This document shows positions 27,994-36,565 of a stretch of 36,565 bases of DNA, piece after piece. Source of the stretch: Candidatus Bathyarchaeia archaeon (GTDB lineage Archaea > Thermoproteota > Bathyarchaeia > Bathyarchaeales > Bathycorpusculaceae). The notes below the pieces were generated by a model that saw nothing but the letters and a program-made list of their open reading frames with translations, was not told where the DNA came from and ran no database searches. Within the stretch, counting starts at the first letter, position 1. Each line of letters starts with the position of its first letter. The stretch covers positions 1 to 36,565 of the forward strand of contig JBEKKX010000023.1 in assembly GCA_050010515.1 (NCBI GenBank). Reading direction: 5' to 3'. The position numbers were made by a program, and so were the translations under genes.

Positions 27994-28333
27994 TGAAAAA
28001 AATGGACAGTAACAATTAGGGAAGGATTGGTGAATCTTGTCTGTTACCTCCTTTTCATTTCTTTCTGAGTGCAGTTCTTTCAAGTCTTCGGTTGATGATG
28101 GTTCATGTCAACTTTCGGTTGATGGCTCTTCGATGGTTTTAAATTGGAACGTACTGATACTTAGACTGACCAGAAAAATGCCTATAACTCAGCGGATACT
28201 ACAAGTATACCCTGTCAGTTTTTTGAGTCAACATTTTTCTGTTGATTACTACGAGCATGCGGGCACCGTGGGGCTAACTTGCCAAAAGCGTTAATAGCAA
28301 TACGGATACAATAAATAAAACTATTCACTAATA

Positions 28334-29032
28334 TTGGAAAGAAACCCTTTGAATCCAATTAAGACTCTGGCAAATGCTGAGATCAATTTTCTCAATTATG
28401 AAATAGTCTTCCGGAAAAACATAGTCGCACAATTTCACCAATTCTACTATGACTCGTTGGTTTGGGAAAAAACCAGTTGGCTAGGGGTTCCCATCAAAAA
28501 GTGCCCGTTAGACCTTATGATTTATCAAGAAATTATTTTTGAATCCAAACCTGATACGATAATTGAATGCGGGACTGCAAGTGGGGGAAGTGCTCTGTTT
28601 CTGGCTTCGATTTGCGATTTGCTCGGCAATGGAAAGATCATCACTATCGACATAGACGACGTGAAAGGTAGACCCAAACACAAAAGAATTAACTACGTAA
28701 TCGGTTCTTCAACATCAAAAGAAACTGTGGGATGCATTGAAAAATTCATAGACGATAAAGACAAAGTAATGGTTATCCTAGATTCTGATCATCGCAAAAA
28801 CCACGTCATAAAAGAGCTAAGAATTTACAGCAGATATGTAAGTAAAGGCTACTATCTTATCGTGGAAGACTCAAACATAAACGGTCATCCCGTTCTAAAA
28901 GTTTTCGGTCCAGGTCCTATGGAAGCCATTGATGAATTTTTAGTTGAAAACGCAAACTTTGTGGTGGATACAAGTAGAGAGAAATTCTATCTGACCTTTA
29001 ATCCGAAGGGCTACCTGAAAAGAATAAAATGA
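28334..29032 (+). CDS. CmcI-family (cephalosporin hydroxylase-like) SAM-dependent methyltransferase
   Basis: WLGVPIKKCPLDLMIYQEII, PDTIIECGTASGGS, VILDSDH, VED, NPKGYLKR. Confidence 0.9.
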   Translation: MERNPLNPIKTLANAEINFLNYEIVFRKNIVAQFHQFYYDSLVWEKTSWLGVPIKKCPLDLMIYQEIIFESKPDTIIECGTASGGSALFLASICDLLGNGKIITIDIDDVKGRPKHKRINYVIGSSTSKETVGCIEKFIDDKDKVMVILDSDHRKNHVIKELRIYSRYVSKGYYLIVEDSNINGHPVLKVFGPGPMEAIDEFLVENANFVVDTSREKFYLTFNPKGYLKRIK

Positions 29033-29127
29033 GCGCGCGCGAATGGACCAAAGCAGCCAAGTCTAGCAAGATCGTTTGTAACTATACAACAGAACAGTTT
29101 GGGAATAAATTGGGGGACAAATAAAAC

Positions 29128-29748
29128 ATGAACTCCGACAAGATGGTTTCTTATAACGAGGAGATATACCGCTTAGTGGAGGATGGTTGGAGAGTTTTAG
29201 ATGTTGGATGTGGTACAGGTCACCTTGGCGAACGATTAAAGTCTGATAAACATTGCTTCGTTATAGGTGTCGAAATAGACAAAGACAAAGCTAATCAAGC
29301 GCGAGAGAAGCTTGATGGCGTAATTAATTCAGATATAGAACTTATTGACGACCTTGCACGTTATGGGCACTTTGACGCGATAATTTTTGCAGATTCTTTG
29401 GAACATCTACGATATCCTATGACCACATTGCAGCGGTTGAGCAATTACCTCAATGCTGATGGTTATTTTCTCATTTCTTTGCCAAATATAGCGAATTGGA
29501 TGATTAGGCTAAAGCTTCTGTTTGGAAAGTTCGATTACCAAGAATCAGGTATACTAGATAAAACTCATCTTCACTTCTTCACATTAGCCACTGCAAAGAA
29601 ATTCGTTCAAGAAGCGGGTTTTGAAATAGTTTACATTGGCAGTTATAATAGGCTTATGAAGAAGTTCGGGAGGATTTGGAAAGGTCTATTTGCCCATCAA
29701 TTGATAGTCAAAGCACGGAAGATTTCACAAAACGCCGCATTGAGCTAA
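29128..29748 (+). CDS. Class I SAM-dependent methyltransferase (glycan-locus type)
   Basis: VLDVGCGTG, FADSLEHL, SLPNIA, GILDKTHLHFFT. Confidence 0.92.
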   Translation: MNSDKMVSYNEEIYRLVEDGWRVLDVGCGTGHLGERLKSDKHCFVIGVEIDKDKANQAREKLDGVINSDIELIDDLARYGHFDAIIFADSLEHLRYPMTTLQRLSNYLNADGYFLISLPNIANWMIRLKLLFGKFDYQESGILDKTHLHFFTLATAKKFVQEAGFEIVYIGSYNRLMKKFGRIWKGLFAHQLIVKARKISQNAALS

Positions 29749-29892
29749 ATATGCAACACGACTTTACTAATCCATATCTTGAGTATATGCTAGAGAGGAA
29801 TATTGTATAATTCATGTATACTTTAATGTACTACAAACTAGTTCATCCATGGAAGAAGAACTGTTTTCGACAGAATCGGTTGAATCTAAACA

Positions 29893-32133
29893 ATGGTTAA
29901 TATAACAACAATATTCCCACTTGAAACAATCCGGCGAAGATGCGGTGCCATATCATTTACTCTAAAGTCTTTGCCAATAAGGCTTCATGCAAAGTTAGAT
30001 TCGAATTGGGGACACGAAAGCCCAAAGAAAGCATCAATCATTGTTGATGGAATTCGTGGGTTTTTCCTAGCTGCAATTACCTATGTGGTTCTTTCAGTCT
30101 TCTTTCTCTTTGGAGTAGTTACTAGTCGTGGGAACGTAGCAGAAGCCGACTGGAGTATACCTCTGACAGCCAGCGCGGCGCTAAACATTTTTCACTCCCT
30201 TCTGTTTGTTTGGTCATATAACGGCTTCGGGTACGTAACTATTGGGAATTATGGTTTTCCCTTCTTCCCAATTCTAAATGCCGCTTTGGCTCCATTTGGT
30301 TTTGTCGGTGGGACTGAAATAAAGTTGTTATCGATTTCACTTGTTGCCCTAGCGGGAATAACTATGTACCTCCTCGCTAGATCATTTGGTCTGGGTTTCC
30401 TCTCTTCTTTTTTATCTGGACTATTTTTCATGACTACAGCTGTCGTATTCAATTGGCTCATGCAGGGTTATATATTTTATTTAATTGCTTATGATCTTCT
30501 ACCGCTTATGATTTTAACCACCAAGAAGTTCTTAGAAACAAATGATTTACGGTATGCGTTAATCAACGGTATTATACTATCAATTGCCATGGCACAACCA
30601 GCATCTATTCTAATTTATCCTTTGTTGGGCTTTCTGTTTGTGTTATTTGAGTCCAGAGGTTGTCTAAAAATCATTCGAAGAGGACTAGTCCTTACTGCAA
30701 TCTCTTTATCTATTTGGCTCTTAACCGCGCTAAGCTTTCTTACATCACGTACAGTCGCATTATCCTTTTATCAAGGTAACTATTTTAGTGTAATGGTGAG
30801 CCAATTCTATCATTTTTCGTCTCTAATAGATCCCATCAGGTTATGGGGAAGTACATTTAATTACCAGTTTGAAACCTACTTTCCCAAAGAGCTAATATTG
30901 CTTTCTTTCTTACCGCTTCTGTTGGGTGCAATAGGTCTATTATTAAGACCACGTGATAGGCGCGTTCTTTTTTGCTCACTTGCTTACCTTTTTGTGTTTG
31001 TTTCATATCTGTCATACATTAATTTACATTATCTCGTCTCCAACTTACCATACGGATCTATATTCGAGCTGCCAAGCATTTTCCTAGTTCCAGCAAGTCT
31101 TGGTTTAGCCTTACTAATAGGATACGCGAACCAAGGCATTTCTCGCGTATTTACCAAATTTGGTAAAGTTGCGTCCCGGCATCTAGTCCGCAATGCGTGT
31201 TTTATCATAATTTTGATTCTAGTAATTTCAGCGAGCATTCCATGGTGGACAGGGCAGACTTCGGGCACGCCAATTTTTGGCCCGGCGCTGAAGCTGAACC
31301 TTTACCAGATTCCTTCTGGCTACACGGAATGGAGCAATGTGGTCGCGGGGGATAACGAACACTTTGTGCTTTGTCTACCTGGTGGAGAAAGCGCGCCAAT
31401 CGGGAATACCGGCTATTTCTCACAGTCCTATGGACCCTATGGACAGGTTAATGACGTCATATATTCTGAGGTCAATAATCTACCTTGCGTTTCGGCGTCG
31501 AACAGCAGCTGGCTTCTGAATGAGCTTCTTGACGGCAACTCGCAAGTGGGAGAAATTTGGGGTTCCTTCAGTATAAAGTACATTGTAGTTTACACCAATG
31601 TGGGAGCTCCGTACAATGTGACTGACATATTGAGCCGCCTCTCTTCGCAGTCGGGTATAGTGCAAGTTGCGAGCTTTCCTGACGTAGTTGTTTATCAGGA
31701 CGAATACGCAAAGCCAGTTGTTTATGCGGACAGCTCAAATGCTACCGTGGAAATCACATATCATGACCCAACCATGTACAAAGTTCAAGCTAATTCTACT
31801 TCGCCATATTTCCTTGTACTTAATCAATTCTACGCTACAGGTTGGACAGCCTCAGTTAACGGAACCAAATTAGCAACTCACATCGAAGACAGTAACGGCT
31901 TTAATAGTTGGTACATAAATTATACGGGAAACATGACGATTGACATATACTATGAGCCGCAGACAACTTACATCGCCGCCCTGACGGTTTCAATTGTAGT
32001 GGTACTTTCTGTTTCTCTCTATCTAATTCTTGCAACCGTAAGAAAAGTAAGGCGGAATCAGACAGTGAAAAATAATCAAGCATGTTTACATAAAATTAAT
32101 ACGGACCAAGTTTTAGTTTATTCTCGTCATTGA
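29893..32133 (+). CDS. Large multi-TM GT-C-like protein with YfhO-like C-terminal domain (start uncertain)
   Basis: About 13 TM; AEADW acidic loop after TM1; extracellular domain; YFLVLNQFYATGWTA...NGFNSW...YYEPQ followed by a final TM. Confidence 0.7.
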   Translation: MVNITTIFPLETIRRRCGAISFTLKSLPIRLHAKLDSNWGHESPKKASIIVDGIRGFFLAAITYVVLSVFFLFGVVTSRGNVAEADWSIPLTASAALNIFHSLLFVWSYNGFGYVTIGNYGFPFFPILNAALAPFGFVGGTEIKLLSISLVALAGITMYLLARSFGLGFLSSFLSGLFFMTTAVVFNWLMQGYIFYLIAYDLLPLMILTTKKFLETNDLRYALINGIILSIAMAQPASILIYPLLGFLFVLFESRGCLKIIRRGLVLTAISLSIWLLTALSFLTSRTVALSFYQGNYFSVMVSQFYHFSSLIDPIRLWGSTFNYQFETYFPKELILLSFLPLLLGAIGLLLRPRDRRVLFCSLAYLFVFVSYLSYINLHYLVSNLPYGSIFELPSIFLVPASLGLALLIGYANQGISRVFTKFGKVASRHLVRNACFIIILILVISASIPWWTGQTSGTPIFGPALKLNLYQIPSGYTEWSNVVAGDNEHFVLCLPGGESAPIGNTGYFSQSYGPYGQVNDVIYSEVNNLPCVSASNSSWLLNELLDGNSQVGEIWGSFSIKYIVVYTNVGAPYNVTDILSRLSSQSGIVQVASFPDVVVYQDEYAKPVVYADSSNATVEITYHDPTMYKVQANSTSPYFLVLNQFYATGWTASVNGTKLATHIEDSNGFNSWYINYTGNMTIDIYYEPQTTYIAALTVSIVVVLSVSLYLILATVRKVRRNQTVKNNQACLHKINTDQVLVYSRH

Positions 32134-32162
32134 GATATAATAGGGTCTAAGGAAGATATGAT

Positions 32163-33194
32163 ATGGCTGATGCAAGATATCCATTAGTTTCAATAGTGAT
32201 TTTAAATTACAATGGTAAGCAGTTTCTCGATAGATGTCTAACTTCGATTTTTAACCAAAGTTTTTCTAATTTTGAAATCGTGTTTGTTGATAACACATCA
32301 ATTGATGGAAGTGTCGACTATGTTAAAACACGATTCGGTCATGATACTCGCCTTAAAATTGTTGAAAACAAAGGAAACCCTGGACCTATAGAAGGAAATA
32401 ACGTTGGTATTCGGCTTGTAAATCGGCGGACACCATATATTGTTCTCCTAAATAATGATACTGAACTAACCGTGAACTGGTTATATTGTATGATCAATGC
32501 GATGGAGAGTGACCCAAAAATTGGCGCTGCTGGTTCTAAACAATTGCTGATGGATGACCGCAAACGGCTTCAAGGAGTTGGTTCGTTCATCGATCCATGT
32601 GGGTTTAACTACCAACTTGGAGAATATGAAATTGATACTGGTCAATACAACGGTGGCACATCGGAGATTTTCGCCGCTGGAACAACTGCATTATTTATTA
32701 GAACAGATCTCCTTAGGCAAATAGGGCTGCTTGATTCAAACTACGATTTCGGCTTTGACGATGTTGATCTATGCTGGCGGGTATGGCTGAGCGGGTACAA
32801 GGTAGTCTGTGTCTCGAGATGTACTATGTACCACAAAGTTTCGGGTACCCCTCGAAAGTTGGTACATGTTCTTTTTCACCGAGAAAAGAATAGGATAATG
32901 ACGGCAATTAAAAATTATAGCATCCCTTATCAATTCCGATTTTTACCTCTTATTTTGTCGTTTGATTTATCGCAGTTACTATGGTTTGCATTTACCAATA
33001 ATTTCTCTATATTTTGGGCAATAGGGCGGGCTTTAATGTGGAACATGAAGCATTTCAGGTATATGTGGGCTCAACATCTAAAGATTAAGTACTACATAAG
33101 AAAAGTCTCAGATAAGGAAATCATAAGTCATATGGTGAAGATTAACCCTATAGAACTTTGGCGGCGAATCGGGTCCCAACACCTTAACAAGTAG
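32163..33194 (+). CDS. GT2 glycosyltransferase
   Basis: VSIVILNYNG, DNTSIDGS, LLNNDT, DDVDLCWR. Confidence 0.92.
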   Translation: MADARYPLVSIVILNYNGKQFLDRCLTSIFNQSFSNFEIVFVDNTSIDGSVDYVKTRFGHDTRLKIVENKGNPGPIEGNNVGIRLVNRRTPYIVLLNNDTELTVNWLYCMINAMESDPKIGAAGSKQLLMDDRKRLQGVGSFIDPCGFNYQLGEYEIDTGQYNGGTSEIFAAGTTALFIRTDLLRQIGLLDSNYDFGFDDVDLCWRVWLSGYKVVCVSRCTMYHKVSGTPRKLVHVLFHREKNRIMTAIKNYSIPYQFRFLPLILSFDLSQLLWFAFTNNFSIFWAIGRALMWNMKHFRYMWAQHLKIKYYIRKVSDKEIISHMVKINPIELWRRIGSQHLNK

Positions 33195-33298
33195 GGATAC
33201 AACTTTGCTTCTGGCAGGCGCGCAGGCTGATTAAATAATTGTGACTTATATTAGGAGAGCCTGACCGCTTGAAGATAAAGCAGAAAACATTTGACTAA

Positions 33299-33577
33299 AT
33301 CTGTTCATCTCGTTTTTTCAATGATAAAGAAAAAACTTTCGACGGAAAAGGCTCGTTTTATTTTATTGCTCATCAGATCCGCAAGTGCGTTAGTATCAAC
33401 GTTAATGGGCATGTAGTCTGTTATCTTCCGGAGGTAATTGTTTATACGTTTTGTTGATACAGGAGAGCCTGGGAGCGTATGCCTGAAGTGTTTAAGGCTT
33501 TCAGGTTTAATCCTCAACTAGGCGCAAGGGGTCGTCTTCTGCAACTTTTGTCGAAAGTTGAAAATGGTCAATTTTGA
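33299..33577 (+). pseudogene. Candidate decayed ORF of unknown function
   Basis: About 92 codons with a single internal TGA (33455-33457) and no clear start. Confidence 0.3.
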
Positions 33578-33689
33578 GTGGAAATTTTTGCCATAAAGTT
33601 AAAGAGATTAGCCGTTAAAGAAATTATTTAAACGATAGCCGTGAAGGAGTTTTGGGAAGTATGTAAAGGTCACTTGAAGATGCAAAACG

Positions 33690-33791
33690 GCAGAGAAAGT
33701 TAAAGAAGTAACCAAATGCAAATCGGCTATAGAGTTTCACCCGTTGTCAAAGCAGGACCCGAAAAGACGCTGCCCCGACACGAACAAGCTA
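33690..33791 (+). pseudogene. C-terminal fragment of a UDP-glucuronate decarboxylase-like NAD-dependent epimerase/dehydratase
   Basis: AEKVKEVTKCKSAIEFHPLSKQDPKRRCPDTNKL matches the UXS-type C-terminal PLPxDDPxRRxPD motif; upstream in-frame TGA at 33675, no start. Confidence 0.75.
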
Positions 33792-33840
33792 GTGAAGCCT
33801 CTTAGGTTCGCCGTCCTTAAGCGTAGGCTAAAAGGGTTCG

Positions 33841-34683
33841 TCAAAAAGTCCATAACAAGCTTAAACAAGTAAAAACGAACTTATGACCATTTTTAGCCAT
33901 GTTGGGAACAAGGGAAGGGTAACGTTCCCAAAAGAAGTCCATGAACTCTTTTTTAGTAGGAATTAATCCGCACGTAGTATTTATTATCTTTTCCATTTCA
34001 TGTTTCTCGATTAGTTTTTTAAGAGTTTGGACATAAAAACTATCGATTTTACCTCCTGAATGATGAATAGCTGAGGATGGCAGAACGTAGGTTTTCAAGC
34101 CTTTCTTGGATACAGTCAATGAAAAATCAACGCCATAAAGGTGCCAGTTATCGCATACTTTCTCATCAAACTTGTTGGTCTCAAAAACTTTGGCTGGGAC
34201 TATCAACATTAGTTCATCAACCGTTTGAACTGGAACGGGTTCAGATATTATTCTACCTGGACCTGGTTGACCACCTATCTCTTGAAGCAAGTTTCCTCGA
34301 CCATATAAAGAAAACCATAAACGGTAATTCCCGATTTTGTTAAGCAAAAAATAGCGTGAAAACAATTCAAATTCATTTAAGAAACGTGGTTTCACCATAC
34401 CAGCTAATCCTGCAACACCAACATCTGATAGGGTTGAGAGATAATCTTCAATTTCTTTTAACCAGCCTCTGAAAAGAAAAAACACGTCCTGATGCACGAA
34501 TATAAGATAATCACCGTTGGCTTTGGAGCCAGCGTAATTATAAGCTTGGGCAGCATTTTTGTAGACGCCCGATGTGTTGTCAATCAACAAACTCTGATAT
34601 TTAGCATTTTGACGGTTGAGTGCTCGAAGTAGGTATTCTTTAGCACATTGCTCATTATTTATTACCGAAATTATCGATATCAC
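33841..34683 (-). CDS. GT-A fold glycosyltransferase (Glyco_tranf_2_5-like)
   Basis: NAAQAYN, FVHQDV, GVAGLAG, VQTVDE, WHLYGVD, HHSGG. Confidence 0.85.
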   Translation of the reverse strand: MISIISVINNEQCAKEYLLRALNRQNAKYQSLLIDNTSGVYKNAAQAYNYAGSKANGDYLIFVHQDVFFLFRGWLKEIEDYLSTLSDVGVAGLAGMVKPRFLNEFELFSRYFLLNKIGNYRLWFSLYGRGNLLQEIGGQPGPGRIISEPVPVQTVDELMLIVPAKVFETNKFDEKVCDNWHLYGVDFSLTVSKKGLKTYVLPSSAIHHSGGKIDSFYVQTLKKLIEKHEMEKIINTTCGLIPTKKEFMDFFWERYPSLVPNMAKNGHKFVFTCLSLLWTF

Positions 34684-34765
34684 TCATAAAGTACCTTACG
34701 AATTTTTATGACTCAACAGTGGAACAATAGTGCGTCCTAAATCCTCAATTGGGGAAAGGACGAAT

Positions 34766-34960
34766 TTAAGGTTTCTTTTCTTCTGTCGGGATAAGACCCA
34801 GATGCCTCTTCTGGCAACTCGATTTCCTTGTTGACTGGCAATGAACCGATTACTGGTACTCCTGTAATTGTTTTTATTGCTTCTTGACATCATATTGCGT
34901 GAGTTTTGTCGGCAATATTGTTCAGGATTATTGCCTGTATATTTAGTCTTTTTATTAAAC
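34766..34960 (-). pseudogene. cbiA: Internal fragment of cobyrinate a,c-diamide synthase
   Basis: LNIQAIILNNIADKTHAI*CQEAIKTITGVPVIGSLPVNKEIELPE, then a frameshift, then RHLGLIPTEEK; contains the CbiA/CobB ERHLGL signature. Confidence 0.8.
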
Positions 34961-35014
34961 TGTAGGCCAAACCTTTTTCAGAACGCATTGATATATAATG
35001 GTCCAAAGATATAA

Positions 35015-36223
35015 TTGCCTGCAAAGTATAATTATGGACGGTTGATTGGAACTGTGAATATTCTATTCTCCGGAGTTGTACTTAAACCAAATTGGAAAGG
35101 AGGCGAACCAGTTATTGCAAAAGAGCTGATTGAATTCTTGTCTCAGCGACATACTTGCAGCGTTTCTAAATTTTTGCCTTCAGCATTTGACCGACTTCGC
35201 TCTATATCTAGATTTGTCACAAAGGACCACTTTCTACTTAGCGATATTCTAAACCGCTCAAGCCTATCTGGAATTAATGTTGTGCTAAGTTTTTATGACT
35301 TTGATTCTTCAATGGTACAACTATGTACTAAGAAGAAGGTCCCAATTGTTGCTACCCAACACATTTATTGGGGGTTATGTCCTAAAATTGATTTTTGGAA
35401 TAATGATTTTGTTTGTTCATGTGCTACTGTTGATTTTTCTAAACGTGATTGTAAAAGTTGCCTTTCGAAGCAGGGAGACATAGGTGCTCATTTGGTCCCA
35501 AACCCTTTTTCATCACAAGCAATAAATTCACTAAGATTACGGCGTCTAGATTTTCTGTCTCGATGTGATGCAATTGTTGTTCCAAGCAATTATATGGCGA
35601 GGTTATACGAAAAAGAACTGAAAAAAAGAACTGAGATTAGAGTAATCCATAATGGTATTGATATAGATTTCTACAAACCTACAAAAAGTCTTGTAGCATC
35701 TAAGAAAAAACGAATTTTATATGCTGGAGGAAGAACTTATGGTAAGGGATATAGCCATTTTCTTAAATTAGCATCGCAGATAACAAAGTTAAGGAATGAC
35801 GTTGAGTTTATAGCATTCGGTTATGGCAAGGGCTCCTCACATAGTTGTGTAAGGGACAATATAGGGTATCTGAGTAAATCTGATGTTACGCAGGCTTATA
35901 GTGATTCTTATCTTTTAGTTTTTCCTGCTTTGTGGGATGAACCCTTTGGTCTGGTTCCACTTGAAAGCATGGCTTGTGGTTGCCCGGTAGTAGCTTATGC
36001 ATCTGGTGGAGTTTCTGAAACGGTTGTCAATGGACTTACTGGTCACTTGGTGCCAACAGGAGATTATAGTCAGCTCTTAAAAACAACATTAGATTTGATC
36101 GATAATGAATCAGAAAATAAAGGAATGAGAACATATTCAAGGGAATATGTTGTCAACAACTTTTCATTGAAGCAAATGTTGGATAATTATGAAAAAGTGC
36201 TTTTTGAATTTGCCAAGCCTTAG
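35015..36223 (+). CDS. GT4 glycosyltransferase with Cys-rich insert
   Basis: GGE, TQHIYWGLCPK...C-x-C...CKSC, IHNGID, KG, WDEPFGLVPLESMACGCPVV; real start may be GTG 35054. Confidence 0.9.
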   Translation: MPAKYNYGRLIGTVNILFSGVVLKPNWKGGEPVIAKELIEFLSQRHTCSVSKFLPSAFDRLRSISRFVTKDHFLLSDILNRSSLSGINVVLSFYDFDSSMVQLCTKKKVPIVATQHIYWGLCPKIDFWNNDFVCSCATVDFSKRDCKSCLSKQGDIGAHLVPNPFSSQAINSLRLRRLDFLSRCDAIVVPSNYMARLYEKELKKRTEIRVIHNGIDIDFYKPTKSLVASKKKRILYAGGRTYGKGYSHFLKLASQITKLRNDVEFIAFGYGKGSSHSCVRDNIGYLSKSDVTQAYSDSYLLVFPALWDEPFGLVPLESMACGCPVVAYASGGVSETVVNGLTGHLVPTGDYSQLLKTTLDLIDNESENKGMRTYSREYVVNNFSLKQMLDNYEKVLFEFAKP

Positions 36224-36565
36224 AAATGCTAACTTCAGTTGTATATACCCTTGACTTTTCCAGATTACACCTTATTTTCTCTCGCTAAATCAATCTCAAC
36301 GCTTGATGTGTATGGCGTGTAGCCATATTTTTTACATGGAAAGCTTACCTCATCGATGTTTCACCCCACTTAACAGTTGGCTTCATGCCACTCCAGCGAC
36401 CTACCCTCTGGCATCCCGTACAGAGGTTTACCAGTCTCTCCCGAAAACGCGCGCCAGCTTGTTGCAAAATTATGAAAGTTGACATGTTGCTGTTTAAGTT
36501 TGTTTGAGCTTGAATATTTAGGGTGAAGGATGGAGAAACCCGAATTCTCATGCGCCATTCTGTCT

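Noticed and set aside
28037-28294. 85-aa Ser-rich ORF with a short TTCGGTTGATG repeat
   Set aside because: No motif and weak start; probably non-coding or decayed
33305-33517. Minus-strand ORF with HFRHT resembling the tyrosine-recombinase HxLRH motif
   Set aside because: The downstream catalytic His/Tyr context is absent, and the plus-strand frame looks more gene-like
34696-34893. 65-aa ORF in the track
   Set aside because: It is an alternative frame over the cbiA remnant
304-35483. Numerous short antisense or alternate-frame ORFs in the track
   Set aside because: They are shadows of longer genes that carry clear family motifs
36345-36558. Two overlapping short minus-strand ORFs and a 6-bp hairpin
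   Set aside because: No recognisable family, and they lie at the window edge

Overview
Archaeal chromosomal window, most likely Bathyarchaeia (inferred from BRE/TATA promoters, T-run terminators, a crenarchaeal-type SSB and lineage-typical small hypothetical proteins). From left to right it contains: (1) a GC-rich MFS transporter ending near an isolated tRNA 3' fragment, a probable att site and island border; (2) membrane and hypothetical genes, namely a four-repeat membrane protein, a GT87-like glycosyltransferase, a QueT/ECF-S-like protein and a PRC-barrel protein with a recent zinc-ribbon duplication; (3) a single-OB SSB divergent from a tightly coupled four-gene NHEJ operon (stand-alone LigD polymerase, Ku, ATP-dependent ligase with a C-terminal phosphoesterase domain, DUF72); (4) an MBL-fold hydrolase; (5) a ~23 kb surface-glycan locus with a processive GT2, GT4s, a DUF3131 glycoside-hydrolase-like protein, three GT-C-like membrane proteins, a Dol-P-sugar synthase, several more GT2s, a B12-radical SAM enzyme and two methyltransferases. 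Near its right end the locus holds unannotated gene remnants (UXS-like SDR, cbiA), and two GT genes have damaged 5' ends. All family assignments come from motif recognition, not from database searches.
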